The notes under the pieces are model-generated. The model ran no database searches. It was not told the origin of the DNA and saw only the letters and a list, made by a program, of their open reading frames with translations. A DNA stretch of 64,000 nucleotides from a virus, in the IMG/VR virus record IMGVR_UViG_3300031521_000001, one strand, 5' to 3'. The stretch's first letter is position 1; each line of letters starts with the position of its first letter. Below are positions 7,504 through 16,565 of this stretch, one piece after another. The position numbers were made by a program, and so were the translations under genes.

Positions 7504-7836
7504 TTACAAATTAAATTTATTTCCAGCCTGCAATAATTCGAATTTTTCTGAAAATTCGAATGTTTCCACTTCATATTCTTCGTAATTAAATTCTACAGGT
7601 TCCAGATAATATTTACCATTCCAATAATTCAGCACATCTTCATAATCTATCATATCTTTGCAATCATAATTTTCATTATGTGATTTATCATAATCGTGTA
7701 TGAATGTTATCGAATATTTTATGCAACTTTCTTCACTATCAAACAATTTTACTTTCACTGTATCTTCATCAAAATTTTGTATAGTATATACAAAATATTT
7801 TTGACTATTATTTTCGAATAATTTGATATGTTTCAT
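7504..7836 (-). CDS. small protein, K[FY]N[IL] family
   Basis: MKHIKLFE...NKFNL. Confidence 0.75.
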   Translation of the reverse strand: MKHIKLFENNSQKYFVYTIQNFDEDTVKVKLFDSEESCIKYSITFIHDYDKSHNENYDCKDMIDYEDVLNYWNGKYYLEPVEFNYEEYEVETFEFSEKFELLQAGNKFNL

Positions 7837-8330
7837 ATATTGAATTTTTTTGTGTTTATATAGAAATCAAACTCTATTTCAATTTCTTTGATAATATTAT
7901 CTAATATAGACAAATCATTTTTGTCTATTATTTTTATATCGTGAACATTTGATCTATCCCAATAAATGTAAGCATCTATTGTTTCATACTTATTAAGTGC
8001 TGATGTTATAATATCATAAATATCATTATTTTTGCTTTTAAAATCATCATAATTTCTTCTTTCCAAGATCACACATAGTTCCAATCCTTCTGATCTGTGA
8101 TATGTTAATAATCTTATTTTGAATAAATCTGTATATTTATATCTATATGATATAGTAATTTCATTAGAATCATCAAAATATATTTTAACTGATGATCCTT
8201 TGAAGTCATCTAATTCTTTTAGTCTAAATAGAATATCTTTTAATTTTTCTGAAAAATCTTTAAATATATTATTTTTGACTTTTGAACTATCATGTTTTAA
8301 TAATGTTTCAAACTGTTTGATATATTTCAT
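7833..8330 (-). CDS. small protein, K[FY]N[IL] family
   Basis: MKYIKQFE...KKFNI. Confidence 0.75.
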   Translation of the reverse strand: MKYIKQFETLLKHDSSKVKNNIFKDFSEKLKDILFRLKELDDFKGSSVKIYFDDSNEITISYRYKYTDLFKIRLLTYHRSEGLELCVILERRNYDDFKSKNNDIYDIITSALNKYETIDAYIYWDRSNVHDIKIIDKNDLSILDNIIKEIEIEFDFYINTKKFNI

Positions 8331-8377
8331 ATGTTATATATTAAAATTTTTTGTTGTTATTTTTTTATATATAAGAT

Positions 8378-9082
8378 ATGGAATATATAAAAGAATACAA
8401 CAAATACAATGAGGATTTAATCATTGAAAAATTAGACATTAAATCTCTATTAGACACATTTAAATCTTTGGATAGTAGAAAGGTTGCAACCTTTCTTGTT
8501 GGTAGCTTATTAACAGTTATGTCTGTAACACAGACTATAAATTATATAAGCAGTTTGAATGTAAATTCAGCTCAGAAAGCAGTATTAATACAAACTGTCG
8601 ATAAATTTAAAGATCCATTGAGTTTTGGTGTAAGTAGATTGGCTTATGAACACATAATGAGTCATGAAAAATTGAAATTAAAAGCTTATACTATTAATGA
8701 CGGAAAAGTCACAGTAGGATATGGGCATGCAGAACCAATTAAAAAATCAAAATTTAAAATAGGTCAACAAATAACGCCAGAAAAAGCAAATGAATTATTA
8801 AAGCAAGATGTTAAAGTTGCATATGATGGAGTTAGACGTATATTTGAAGAATGGCACAAAAAGGGAATAAATATAAAATTGACACAAAATCAATTCGATG
8901 TTTTGGTATCTTTAGCATTTAACATGGGAATTGATGGATTAAGAACATCAGAATTTATTCAAGCATTAAAAAATAAAGATATTAAGAATGCATCTGAATT
9001 AATAAAAACAACTGGATTAAGAGACGGATTTGCAGGACTAGTTGATAGAAGAGAAGAAGAATATAACATATTTATATCATAA
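8378..9082 (+). CDS. phage lysozyme (GH24 muramidase) with N-terminal extension
   Basis: HE-KLKLKAY...DGKVTVGYGH, LTQNQFDVLVSLAFNMG, GLVDRREEE. Confidence 0.9.
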   Translation: MEYIKEYNKYNEDLIIEKLDIKSLLDTFKSLDSRKVATFLVGSLLTVMSVTQTINYISSLNVNSAQKAVLIQTVDKFKDPLSFGVSRLAYEHIMSHEKLKLKAYTINDGKVTVGYGHAEPIKKSKFKIGQQITPEKANELLKQDVKVAYDGVRRIFEEWHKKGINIKLTQNQFDVLVSLAFNMGIDGLRTSEFIQALKNKDIKNASELIKTTGLRDGFAGLVDRREEEYNIFIS

Positions 9083-9112
9083 AAAAAGAGATTCAAATGA
9101 ATCTCTTTTTTT
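9082..9112. terminator. bidirectional terminator
   Basis: AAAAAAAGAGATTCA-AA-TGAATCTCTTTTTT between convergent genes. Confidence 0.8.
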
Positions 9113-9420
9113 TATTTAAGTCCTTTAAGAACATCTATTTGTTCAGTTAACCATTTCATATCAAAGTTTTGATAAACATTCAATTTAACATGTTCTAATG
9201 CAAGTATTCTTTCATCAAGTCTATTATTTTCAATTAAACTTTTGATTTTTTCAACTAATTCTTCTTTGCCATTGATGGTAATATCTTTGTCAATTGAATC
9301 ATCATTGGTAATTTTAATAGAAATTGATTCATCTATTAAATCATAGATTTGATTTCTCAAAATATCTTTTGATTCATACTTTTTTTCAACTACTTCTTCT
9401 ATTTTACTAAATTTAATCAT
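9112..9420 (-). CDS. hypothetical protein
   Basis: 102-aa ORF. Confidence 0.7.
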   Translation of the reverse strand: MIKFSKIEEVVEKKYESKDILRNQIYDLIDESISIKITNDDSIDKDITINGKEELVEKIKSLIENNRLDERILALEHVKLNVYQNFDMKWLTEQIDVLKGLK

Positions 9421-9438
9421 ATTTATTTTATTTATTTT

Positions 9439-9708
9439 TTATTTGTAAGTATACCCTGATCTATTAGCCCAAACAAGTCCAGAAACTTGAATATATGTAA
9501 CATCATTCACCATGATAGCAGGATATGTATTAGATAGAGTAGTTCCTGTTATATATGGATATTCATATCTCAATACGCTATCCACAGTTGACATTTTTTT
9601 AATTGACCATATAGGATCTGTGTCTTGAGTACCTGGTGTAGCATAACCATAATATACTGTTGCTCCACTTCCAGTTGCAGGATCAACTCTTAAAAGTTCC
9701 ATTGCCAT
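9439..9708 (-). CDS. hypothetical (possibly structural) protein
   Basis: 89-aa ORF with YYGYA.PG...W.IKK...W.NR motifs. Confidence 0.7.
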   Translation of the reverse strand: MAMELLRVDPATGSGATVYYGYATPGTQDTDPIWSIKKMSTVDSVLRYEYPYITGTTLSNTYPAIMVNDVTYIQVSGLVWANRSGYTYK

Positions 9709-9769
9709 AATAATTTATATTTTTCTTTTATATATAAAAAAACACATTTCATATTTTATGTATATATAA

Positions 9770-9799
9770 AAAAAACTTGTAATAAATTACAAGTTTTTT
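9770..9799 (-). terminator. terminator downstream of tmRNA
   Basis: AAAAAACTTGTAAT-AA-ATTACAAGTTTTTT. Confidence 0.75.
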
Positions 9800-9801
9800 A
9801 T

Positions 9802-10168
9802 TGGTGGAGATGTCGATATCCGAGAATCGAGTCCAATATTGCCTTTCAGCTTCGTCTACAAGTTTAGTTCATTTTTTCTAAAATAAACAAAAATACATAA
9901 TTTTTAAGTGGTCATCATTAAATCCACCAAACATTTTTACACCTTAAAATAGTTTGCTAACAAGGTTTCTGATTTTAGTCTGTTTAGGCTACTAAAACTT
10001 CATTACCAACAACAGCTTCAGAAACTGCGAAAGTGGAATTAGAAGTTAAAATATGCGTATGTGCGTTGCCATTTAAATTTTACCCATTAATTTATTAATC
10101 GCTAACTTAGATAATGCGATACTTGCTGATAACCTTATTCTACATTACTGTCAAAACCGTTCATCCCC
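9802..10168 (-). ncRNA. ssrA: tmRNA
   Basis: 5' GGGGATGAACGGTTTTGACAG, 3' CATCTCCACCA with G3-U70; tag frame 10070-9984 GNAHTHILTSNSTFAVSEAVVGNEVLVA* after TAAAT. Confidence 0.9.
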
Positions 10169-10188
10169 TTTTGTTCTTTATATAGTAT

Positions 10189-10491
10189 TTAAAAATTATA
10201 AAGTTTTTCTATTTTTAATAATTTAACCTTTCTGACATCATTATTAAGATATTTTTTAATTTCATTCATAATTTCCAATGTATAGTTATCAAATATTTTA
10301 TTTTTTAATGCACTATCAATCTCTAAGAATAAGTGTTCTAATTTTGAATTATCATTAATATCAATAGATATAAACTTAAGTGCCAGTTCTCTTATACATG
10401 ATGCTTGACTATAATATTGACTACTTACATAATACATTTTTATAAATTCAAGTTTATTGATTAGAGTTTGTTTTCTACATATTGTTTTCAT
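10189..10491 (-). CDS. hypothetical protein, RxxKL family
   Basis: Ends DVRKVKLLKIEKLYNF; promoter position implies start at MKTICRK. Confidence 0.65.
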   Translation of the reverse strand: MKTICRKQTLINKLEFIKMYYVSSQYYSQASCIRELALKFISIDINDNSKLEHLFLEIDSALKNKIFDNYTLEIMNEIKKYLNNDVRKVKLLKIEKLYNF

Positions 10492-10495
10492 TTTA

Positions 10496-10527
10496 CAAAT
10501 ATACAATAATTAATTTGATTTATCAAA
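10496..10527 (-). promoter_or_regulatory. Bacteroidota-type promoter
   Basis: Minus strand TTTG-N20-TATATTTG. Confidence 0.6.
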
Positions 10528-10532
10528 AAACA

Positions 10533-10754
10533 TTAGTTTTTATGTAATAAAGTTTCATCATAATTTTCACTATCTAAAAAATTTTCAATTATACTATTTA
10601 TATAATCTTTATTTTTTTCGTATCTTGGTAAAACGTCAATAGAGTTATTTACATTTTTTCTAAAAAAAATATCTCCTTTATTTAAATCTATCATTTCAAT
10701 TGCATATAATGAAATAATATTATCTTTTTTTTCTACGCTAAATTTTTCAATCAT
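10533..10754 (-). CDS. hypothetical protein
   Basis: 73-aa ORF in gene run. Confidence 0.6.
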   Translation of the reverse strand: MIEKFSVEKKDNIISLYAIEMIDLNKGDIFFRKNVNNSIDVLPRYEKNKDYINSIIENFLDSENYDETLLHKN

Positions 10755-10758
10755 ACTA

Positions 10759-11130
10759 TTATTCCGTTATTTTTGAACTTATATCATTTTTAATTTCATC
10801 TGTTGTTATATTTGGATATTTTTCTTTTATAGATAAATACAATCTATCTCTATCATCTTTCAATTTTTCAATTTTTTCATAATAAGGTTGTATTATACTT
10901 TGAATTGATTTTATTTCTCTTTCCAAATATATCAATTTTTCATTTAGTTCCATTGTTTTTCTAATATCATTTTCATCAGAATAAACTATAATTTTCATTT
11001 CATCTTGAATTTTTTGAAACATTTCTTTTTTCTTCATTATTATTGGCTCTTGTTCTGCAATTTCCTTTAAGTTCTGAAGATAATAGTTTCTTATCCTTAC
11101 AGCTTCATCAATATATTGTTCTGCTATCAT
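10759..11130 (-). CDS. coiled-coil hypothetical protein
   Basis: 123-aa ORF, ATGA overlap. Confidence 0.7.
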   Translation of the reverse strand: MIAEQYIDEAVRIRNYYLQNLKEIAEQEPIIMKKKEMFQKIQDEMKIIVYSDENDIRKTMELNEKLIYLEREIKSIQSIIQPYYEKIEKLKDDRDRLYLSIKEKYPNITTDEIKNDISSKITE

Positions 11131-11531
11131 TTTTCCGAATTTCTTTTTTCTATTAAATATGAAACATATTCATCATCAGTCATTGACTCAGTTAATTTAT
11201 ACTCATCTTCTGTATTAGAAATATCAGAAGAGAAATTATTTTCTATTTCATATTTTATTTTATACCACTCATCAATGTCAAAATCAACATCTTCAATTCT
11301 ATCATTTAATCCATATTCTTTATATTTTGAAATTAAATATCCAACATCAACAGTTTTACCTATTGTACCAGAAAAATAATCAATCAAAAAACTCGATATA
11401 GTAGAGAAATCGTCTAATTCTATAGCTCTATCTATATAATAATCAGAAAGATATCCAGCCATTTTGATGATCTTCATTTCATATTCTTTTAATTTCCTAG
11501 CTGAATCTAATTTTTTGTTAGTTTTTGTCAT
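11127..11531 (-). CDS. hypothetical protein
   Basis: 134-aa ORF. Confidence 0.7.
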   Translation of the reverse strand: MTKTNKKLDSARKLKEYEMKIIKMAGYLSDYYIDRAIELDDFSTISSFLIDYFSGTIGKTVDVGYLISKYKEYGLNDRIEDVDFDIDEWYKIKYEIENNFSSDISNTEDEYKLTESMTDDEYVSYLIEKRNSEK

Positions 11532-11541
11532 TTAGTGTAAT

Positions 11542-12294
11542 TTATTTTTTAAGTTCGTCCTCAATAATTGTTTTTAATTGATTATATATCTCATCTTTCA
11601 ATTTAGTTGGATATTTTAATATTTTTTCTGATATTAAATTTGCATAATATTCAACAGCATCAGCTTCTACATTTTCTTGAATCATTCCAATAAAACTTGG
11701 ATTAGGAATTAGTTCTTCTATTGGAATTATCAATTTTACAGAATAATTACTTTTGAACATTTTAAACATCATTTTAAGAGGATCAACTTTTGGTTCCTCA
11801 TTTTTAACTATAATTTGTTTATCACCATTTACTAATTTTTCATCTTCATCATCCCAATTTCTTTCTTGTATACTTGGTATATCAGCTCCTGGCATATTTT
11901 TTCTCCATTCTTCTAGCATAGCTTTCTTTTCTTGTGCTGATAAAACGACAGATCCTTCTACTTGTTCCTGTTTAACAGAAGATTGAGACATTGAATTATC
12001 AGAAAGAGTTACAGGTTTTTCAATAAATTTAACTTGTGCTCCAGCATTTGGAGAGTCCTGTATTTTACTAGTGTCAATATTTTTAAGTTGTTGAGCCATA
12101 TTTACTAACGGATCACTTGATGGTGCTTGAAAAAAAGTATCAGGATTAATTGATTCTTCTACCATATCATATTTTTTTGCTAGTATATCCTTTTTTATAC
12201 TAACATTATCACTCATTACATAGAAATTGACATCTTCTTTAATGATGTTAACTCTTTCTCCTGTTTGTTTATTCACGAAAACACTATTTGTCAT
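11542..12294 (-). CDS. hypothetical protein
   Basis: 250-aa ORF. Confidence 0.75.
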   Translation of the reverse strand: MTNSVFVNKQTGERVNIIKEDVNFYVMSDNVSIKKDILAKKYDMVEESINPDTFFQAPSSDPLVNMAQQLKNIDTSKIQDSPNAGAQVKFIEKPVTLSDNSMSQSSVKQEQVEGSVVLSAQEKKAMLEEWRKNMPGADIPSIQERNWDDEDEKLVNGDKQIIVKNEEPKVDPLKMMFKMFKSNYSVKLIIPIEELIPNPSFIGMIQENVEADAVEYYANLISEKILKYPTKLKDEIYNQLKTIIEDELKK

Positions 12295-12363
12295 AAAAAT
12301 TATTTATTTTTTATTATATATAATGAATTATAGTACCGATTAAAAAAAAGTTTTAAACAAATA

Positions 12364-12684
12364 ATGAAATATTTAAAAACATTTGAAGAAGGAATATACA
12401 GCAGCAGAGAAAAAATGTATGTTGATGCTTATGGTAAAATACACAGAAATCTTAAAAAAATATTGTGTATTGATAATCATATTGGAGAGTTAGAAGATAC
12501 ATATAAATTAACAATAGGGCAAGTTTACAATATAAGAATAAAGGAGTTACATACTATATCAGTTATTGACGATAACGGAACTGAACTGTTTTTTAATCCT
12601 TCAGAAATTTCTAAGAATTTCTCAACTTCTCAAAGTTTAGAAGAATATGAAATAAAAAAAAATACTGAAAAATTTAATTTATGA
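12364..12684 (+). CDS. small protein, K[FY]N[IL] family
   Basis: MKYLKTFEE...EKFNL. Confidence 0.75.
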   Translation: MKYLKTFEEGIYSSREKMYVDAYGKIHRNLKKILCIDNHIGELEDTYKLTIGQVYNIRIKELHTISVIDDNGTELFFNPSEISKNFSTSQSLEEYEIKKNTEKFNL

Positions 12685-13121
12685 AATATATAAAAAAATT
12701 TAAGAATAATAAAGAATCTGATTATGTTGGTAAGTTTTGTGTTACACAAACAGAAGATGACAATGATGTAAAAATGTCAATATTGCAATGTAATCGTGTA
12801 GACTTTCCTATCAAATCTGATATTAATGTGTTTGTATCATTTGAATGTTTTGATATAGATAATAATAATATTTCTTATCCAGTAGGTGATAATGAATCAT
12901 TATCAATAGAAGATTTTAACAAAATTAATTTTATGAACGCAACTGAATTTTATAATAGTTATAAAGATATATGTGAGAAACTATATTATAAAATTATTGA
13001 AGATTTAAAAAATGTAGAACTAGAATATTGGCGTCGTATGATTTTAAAAAATTACAAAAAAGAATTAGATAAAATACCTGAGTTTAAATTTTTTGTTGAT
13101 TCTGATAAATTCAATATATAA
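12681..13121 (+). CDS. small protein, K[FY]N[IL] family
   Basis: MKYIKKF...DKFNI. Confidence 0.75.
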   Translation: MKYIKKFKNNKESDYVGKFCVTQTEDDNDVKMSILQCNRVDFPIKSDINVFVSFECFDIDNNNISYPVGDNESLSIEDFNKINFMNATEFYNSYKDICEKLYYKIIEDLKNVELEYWRRMILKNYKKELDKIPEFKFFVDSDKFNI

Positions 13122-13156
13122 TTTTTATATATACGACATAGAAAAAAAATCAAAAA

Positions 13157-13780
13157 ATGATAAGTAAGGAACTCAGATATTCTGAATTGAAATATAATGG
13201 TGAAATTTTTACTGAACAGTGGAAAATTGATGAGATTTTAATTGATAATAAATTCAATTGGATGGTTAATGCTGAAATAAAAAATGCTAGACTAGAAATT
13301 TTTCAAAATACATTAGTTTGGAATGCTGGTATTTGGTATAATGGAGATTGGTATTTTGGTGTTTGGAGAGATGGTGAGTGGAGATATGGAAATTGGCAAA
13401 ACGGTGTGTGGTACAATGGAGTATGGAGAAATGGTACATTTAAATCAGGTATTATTTATAAAGGTAATTTTTTCAAAGGAAAAATAGATGGAGGAGAAAT
13501 AAGAGGAGGAAATTTTATTGATGTTGAAATATCTCCAAATGTAGTTGAATATACTGGAGAAGAATATCAAGTAAAAAAACAAGAAGAGCAATCTCAGTCT
13601 AATACTCAAGTTGTAACAGCACAAGCTCAACCTAATACACAAGCTCAACCTAATGCGCCAGATAAAGTCAAAGTTCACAGTTCACAATCAGAAGTGAATC
13701 AAGTGATTCAACCAAAAAAAGAAAATGTAAAATATAATATGTATAGAATGAAAAATTTCGAATCATTCTCAAAAAAATAA
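13157..13780 (+). CDS. W-x-x-G pentapeptide-repeat protein
   Basis: WNAGI-WYNGD-WYFGV-WRDGE-WRYGN-WQNGV-WYNGV-WRNGT-FKSG. Confidence 0.75.
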   Translation: MISKELRYSELKYNGEIFTEQWKIDEILIDNKFNWMVNAEIKNARLEIFQNTLVWNAGIWYNGDWYFGVWRDGEWRYGNWQNGVWYNGVWRNGTFKSGIIYKGNFFKGKIDGGEIRGGNFIDVEISPNVVEYTGEEYQVKKQEEQSQSNTQVVTAQAQPNTQAQPNAPDKVKVHSSQSEVNQVIQPKKENVKYNMYRMKNFESFSKK

Positions 13781-13789
13781 TTAAACCCA

Positions 13790-14170
13790 ATGGATAAAAA
13801 AACTTTAAATTTTGATGATTTCATAACAGAGAAACATCATGACAGTGACGACAGTATTGATACAATCACAATGGATGTACCATTGTTCATTCGTATGTTG
13901 GAATTTGCAAAGGAAGACGCTAAAACTGATATGGATTTACATAAAGCAACAGAAATAGCACTTAAAATATCAAAAAAAGAAGGTAAATTGTCTATGGATA
14001 ATTACTATAAAATTGTAAGTGAGTGCGGACAAGGCGAATGTGAAGAAGATGATAAGAAAGATGATAAGAAAGATGATAAGAAAGATGATAAGAAAGAAGA
14101 TAAAAAAGAAGATAAAAAAGAAGATAAAAAAGAAGATAAAAAAGAAGATAAAAAAGAAGACAAAAAATGA
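13790..14170 (+). CDS. hypothetical phage protein with (KKDD/KKED)n tail
   Basis: DTITMDVPLFIRMLEFAKED core; 12-nt tandem repeat at about 14048-14167. Confidence 0.75.
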   Translation: MDKKTLNFDDFITEKHHDSDDSIDTITMDVPLFIRMLEFAKEDAKTDMDLHKATEIALKISKKEGKLSMDNYYKIVSECGQGECEEDDKKDDKKDDKKDDKKEDKKEDKKEDKKEDKKEDKKEDKK

Positions 14171-14481
14171 AAAAAACTTTAAATTTTGATGATTTTCTAA
14201 ATGAAACATTATCGACTATACCAGGTTCAAAAAATTCATCATCAGATAAACAGATTCTAAGAGCTGCAATTTTATCTGAGTTAGATACTATCAATTTATA
14301 TGAGCAATTGGCTGACGAAGCTAACGATAGCAAAATTAAAGATATTTTGTTAGATGTAGCTAGAGAAGAAAAAACTCACATTGGAGAATTTCAAGCTTTA
14401 CTTAAAGAAATTGATGAGGAATATGCAGAAGAATTAAAAAATGGTAAAAGAGAAGTAGAAAAAGAAGATAAAAACAAATAA
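14167..14481 (+). CDS. ferritin-like protein (encapsulin-cargo Flp / rubrerythrin-like)
   Basis: RAAILSELDTINLYEQLA...ILLDVAREEKTHIGEF di-iron motif. Confidence 0.8.
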   Translation: MKKTLNFDDFLNETLSTIPGSKNSSSDKQILRAAILSELDTINLYEQLADEANDSKIKDILLDVAREEKTHIGEFQALLKEIDEEYAEELKNGKREVEKEDKNK

Positions 14482-14485
14482 TAAC

Positions 14486-14761
14486 ATGAAAAGAACAAAA
14501 GATTTCGATACATTCACTGAATCAGTAGGAGATTTAGAAGATAGCTTCGTTAAAATTAATATAGATGAAACTGAATTAGAAGTTTCGGATAGACCAAAAG
14601 TAGGTAAATTAAATCAAATACCTGGTACAATAATAATTGAAACTCCAAGTAAGACTGATGAATATAATGCTAAAATGAGATTAGGAGGAGAAGTTATTGT
14701 TGATCCTAAATTTCCTGAAAAATCTATACACCACGTCAAAAAATTTAATGATTTTCATTAA
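14486..14761 (+). CDS. hypothetical protein
   Basis: MKRTKDFDTFTE start, VKKFNDF end. Confidence 0.7.
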   Translation: MKRTKDFDTFTESVGDLEDSFVKINIDETELEVSDRPKVGKLNQIPGTIIIETPSKTDEYNAKMRLGGEVIVDPKFPEKSIHHVKKFNDFH

Positions 14762-14791
14762 TAGAACCATGTAAATGATATATATAACATC

Positions 14792-15115
14792 ATGGGATAT
14801 ATTTATTTATTAGAATCATCTAACGACGATGGTACAATTTACAAAATTGGTTATACAAAAAATTCAGTTCAAAAAAGAATTGACTCATTACAAACAGGAA
14901 ATCCTTATTTGATAAAGGAATTGTGCTGTTATAAAACTAAGTACAATCAAAGATTAGAAAAAAGTCTACACAACTTCTATTCTCATTGTAGATTAACTGG
15001 TGAATGGTTCTCATTATCTCTAAATGACATAACTAATTTCATAACTTTATGCGATAAATTAGAAAATAACTTTGATAATTTAAAAAATAATCATTTTATT
15101 TCAAAAATGTTTTGA
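14792..15115 (+). CDS. GIY-YIG / T5orf172-like nuclease domain protein
   Basis: GYIY...YKIGYT...RIDSLQTGNP...LEKSLH...GEWF. Confidence 0.85.
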   Translation: MGYIYLLESSNDDGTIYKIGYTKNSVQKRIDSLQTGNPYLIKELCCYKTKYNQRLEKSLHNFYSHCRLTGEWFSLSLNDITNFITLCDKLENNFDNLKNNHFISKMF

Positions 15116-15141
15116 TATATCAAATATTAATACTATCTTTG
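15111..15141 (+). promoter_or_regulatory. Bacteroidota-type promoter for tRNA-Asn
   Basis: TTTG-N19-TATCTTTG. Confidence 0.65.
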
Positions 15142-15193
15142 TACTCAATAATAAACAAAACATGTTTTTAAACATATAACACTCAAATCATAT

Positions 15194-15266
15194 TCTTCCT
15201 TAGCTCAGTCGGTAGAGCATTGCACTGTTAATGCAAGTGTCCTTGGTTCAAGCCCAAGAGGGAGAG
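15194..15266 (+). tRNA. tRNA-Asn(GTT)
   Basis: TCTTCCT/AGGGAGA-G73, TTGCA-CTGTTAA-TGCAA, canonical D and T arms. Confidence 0.9.
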
Positions 15267-15346
15267 CAAAAAAAATAGTCAAGAGGTTAATAGCGAATAA
15301 CTCTCATTTTCAATTTTAATTATTTATATATACAATAAAATATCAT

Positions 15347-16147
15347 ATGCACAAATGCGAAAAGTGTGAAAAAGAATTTAAAACACATCAAGGATTATGT
15401 AATCATATGAGTTGGCATAATAATCCAAACAGAAAATTTAATTTGTCTATATACAATGAACAATTAAAAACTGAATGCAATGACACTTCATATGATTGTA
15501 CAATTTGTGATAAGAAATTCAAATCTAAACAGGCACTAAATTCTCACATAGGTTGGCACAATAATCCAAGTAGAAAAATTAATACTATAGACAATTTAGA
15601 AATATATAGAAATTCAATTAGAAATGGTGAAATAACAGGAGAAAATCAGCACACAAAAGCTAAGAAAATAGGAGAGATTATAATTGTTTCAGAAGAAACA
15701 AGAAAAAAAATTTCAAATAAAAATAAAAATAGAATAGTTTCGGATGATACAAGATTAAAAACCTCAAAATCTATGAAATTGGCAGTTTTAAAATATCCTG
15801 AAAGCTATTCAATAAATAATGTAAGTGGCAGAGTAAAAACATTGGAATATAATGGAACTAAATTAAAGGGCAAATGGGAATTATTAGTAGCCAAATATTT
15901 AGATGACAATAACATAAAATGGACAAATAAAATAAACGGTATTTCATATATATGGCAAGAGTCTGAACATTTATATTTTCCAGATTTTTATTTAACTGAT
16001 TATAATATGTATGTAGAAGTTAAAGGTTATCAAAGAGATAGAGATTTATATAAATGGAAAGTTGTTGACAATTTAATATTAATTAAAAAAAATGAAATAA
16101 ATAACATAAACAAAAACAAATATAATATATTTGAATATTTAAAATAA
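15347..16147 (+). CDS. homing endonuclease-like protein (two C2H2 fingers, NUMOD3, PD-(D/E)xK)
   Basis: CEKC...HMSWH, CTIC...HIGWH, SEETRKKIS, YFPDFYL...YVEVKG. Confidence 0.75.
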   Translation: MHKCEKCEKEFKTHQGLCNHMSWHNNPNRKFNLSIYNEQLKTECNDTSYDCTICDKKFKSKQALNSHIGWHNNPSRKINTIDNLEIYRNSIRNGEITGENQHTKAKKIGEIIIVSEETRKKISNKNKNRIVSDDTRLKTSKSMKLAVLKYPESYSINNVSGRVKTLEYNGTKLKGKWELLVAKYLDDNNIKWTNKINGISYIWQESEHLYFPDFYLTDYNMYVEVKGYQRDRDLYKWKVVDNLILIKKNEINNINKNKYNIFEYLK

Positions 16148-16155
16148 TGATTAAC

Positions 16156-16229
16156 GGACCTATAACTCAATTGGTCAGAGTATCTGACTCATAATCAGAA
16201 GGTTATCAGTTCAAGGCTGGTTAGGTCCA
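16156..16229 (+). tRNA. tRNA-CAT (probably Ile2, possibly elongator Met)
   Basis: GGACCTA/TAGGTCC-A, TCTGA-CTCATAA-TCAGA. Confidence 0.85.
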
Positions 16230-16271
16230 CAACCATAAATAGTTATGGTTATAATAAATAAATAAATAAAG

Positions 16272-16433
16272 ATGAAAAAAGTAATTTTATTGATTGCAGT
16301 TATTTCTGCATTGACATTTGCTTCTTGCACACCAAAAAGTGCAAACTCTACATCTACTGGTAATGATTCAGTTACAACTGTAGATACAGTTAGTGTTGAT
16401 TCGGTATCAGTTGATACTACAGTAGCAAAGTAA
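16272..16433 (+). CDS. small lipoprotein (53 aa, missing from ORF track)
   Basis: MKKVILLIAVISALTFAS-C lipobox then Ser/Thr/Val/Asp-rich tail; followed by terminator at about 16457-16489. Confidence 0.75.
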   Translation: MKKVILLIAVISALTFASCTPKSANSTSTGNDSVTTVDTVSVDSVSVDTTVAK

Positions 16434-16565
16434 CAAACTGTAATTAGCTTGTAAAAAATAAAATCTGTATTTTTAATGCAGATTTTTTTATTTATATAAA
16501 CTTATGCTCATATATATACTATGCATTAATAACTCAGTTATTGAATATATAGGAGAAAAATATAT

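Noticed and set aside
13970-14333. FFFI / LLFY hydrophobic repeat ORFs
   Set aside because: Antisense of the KKED repeat
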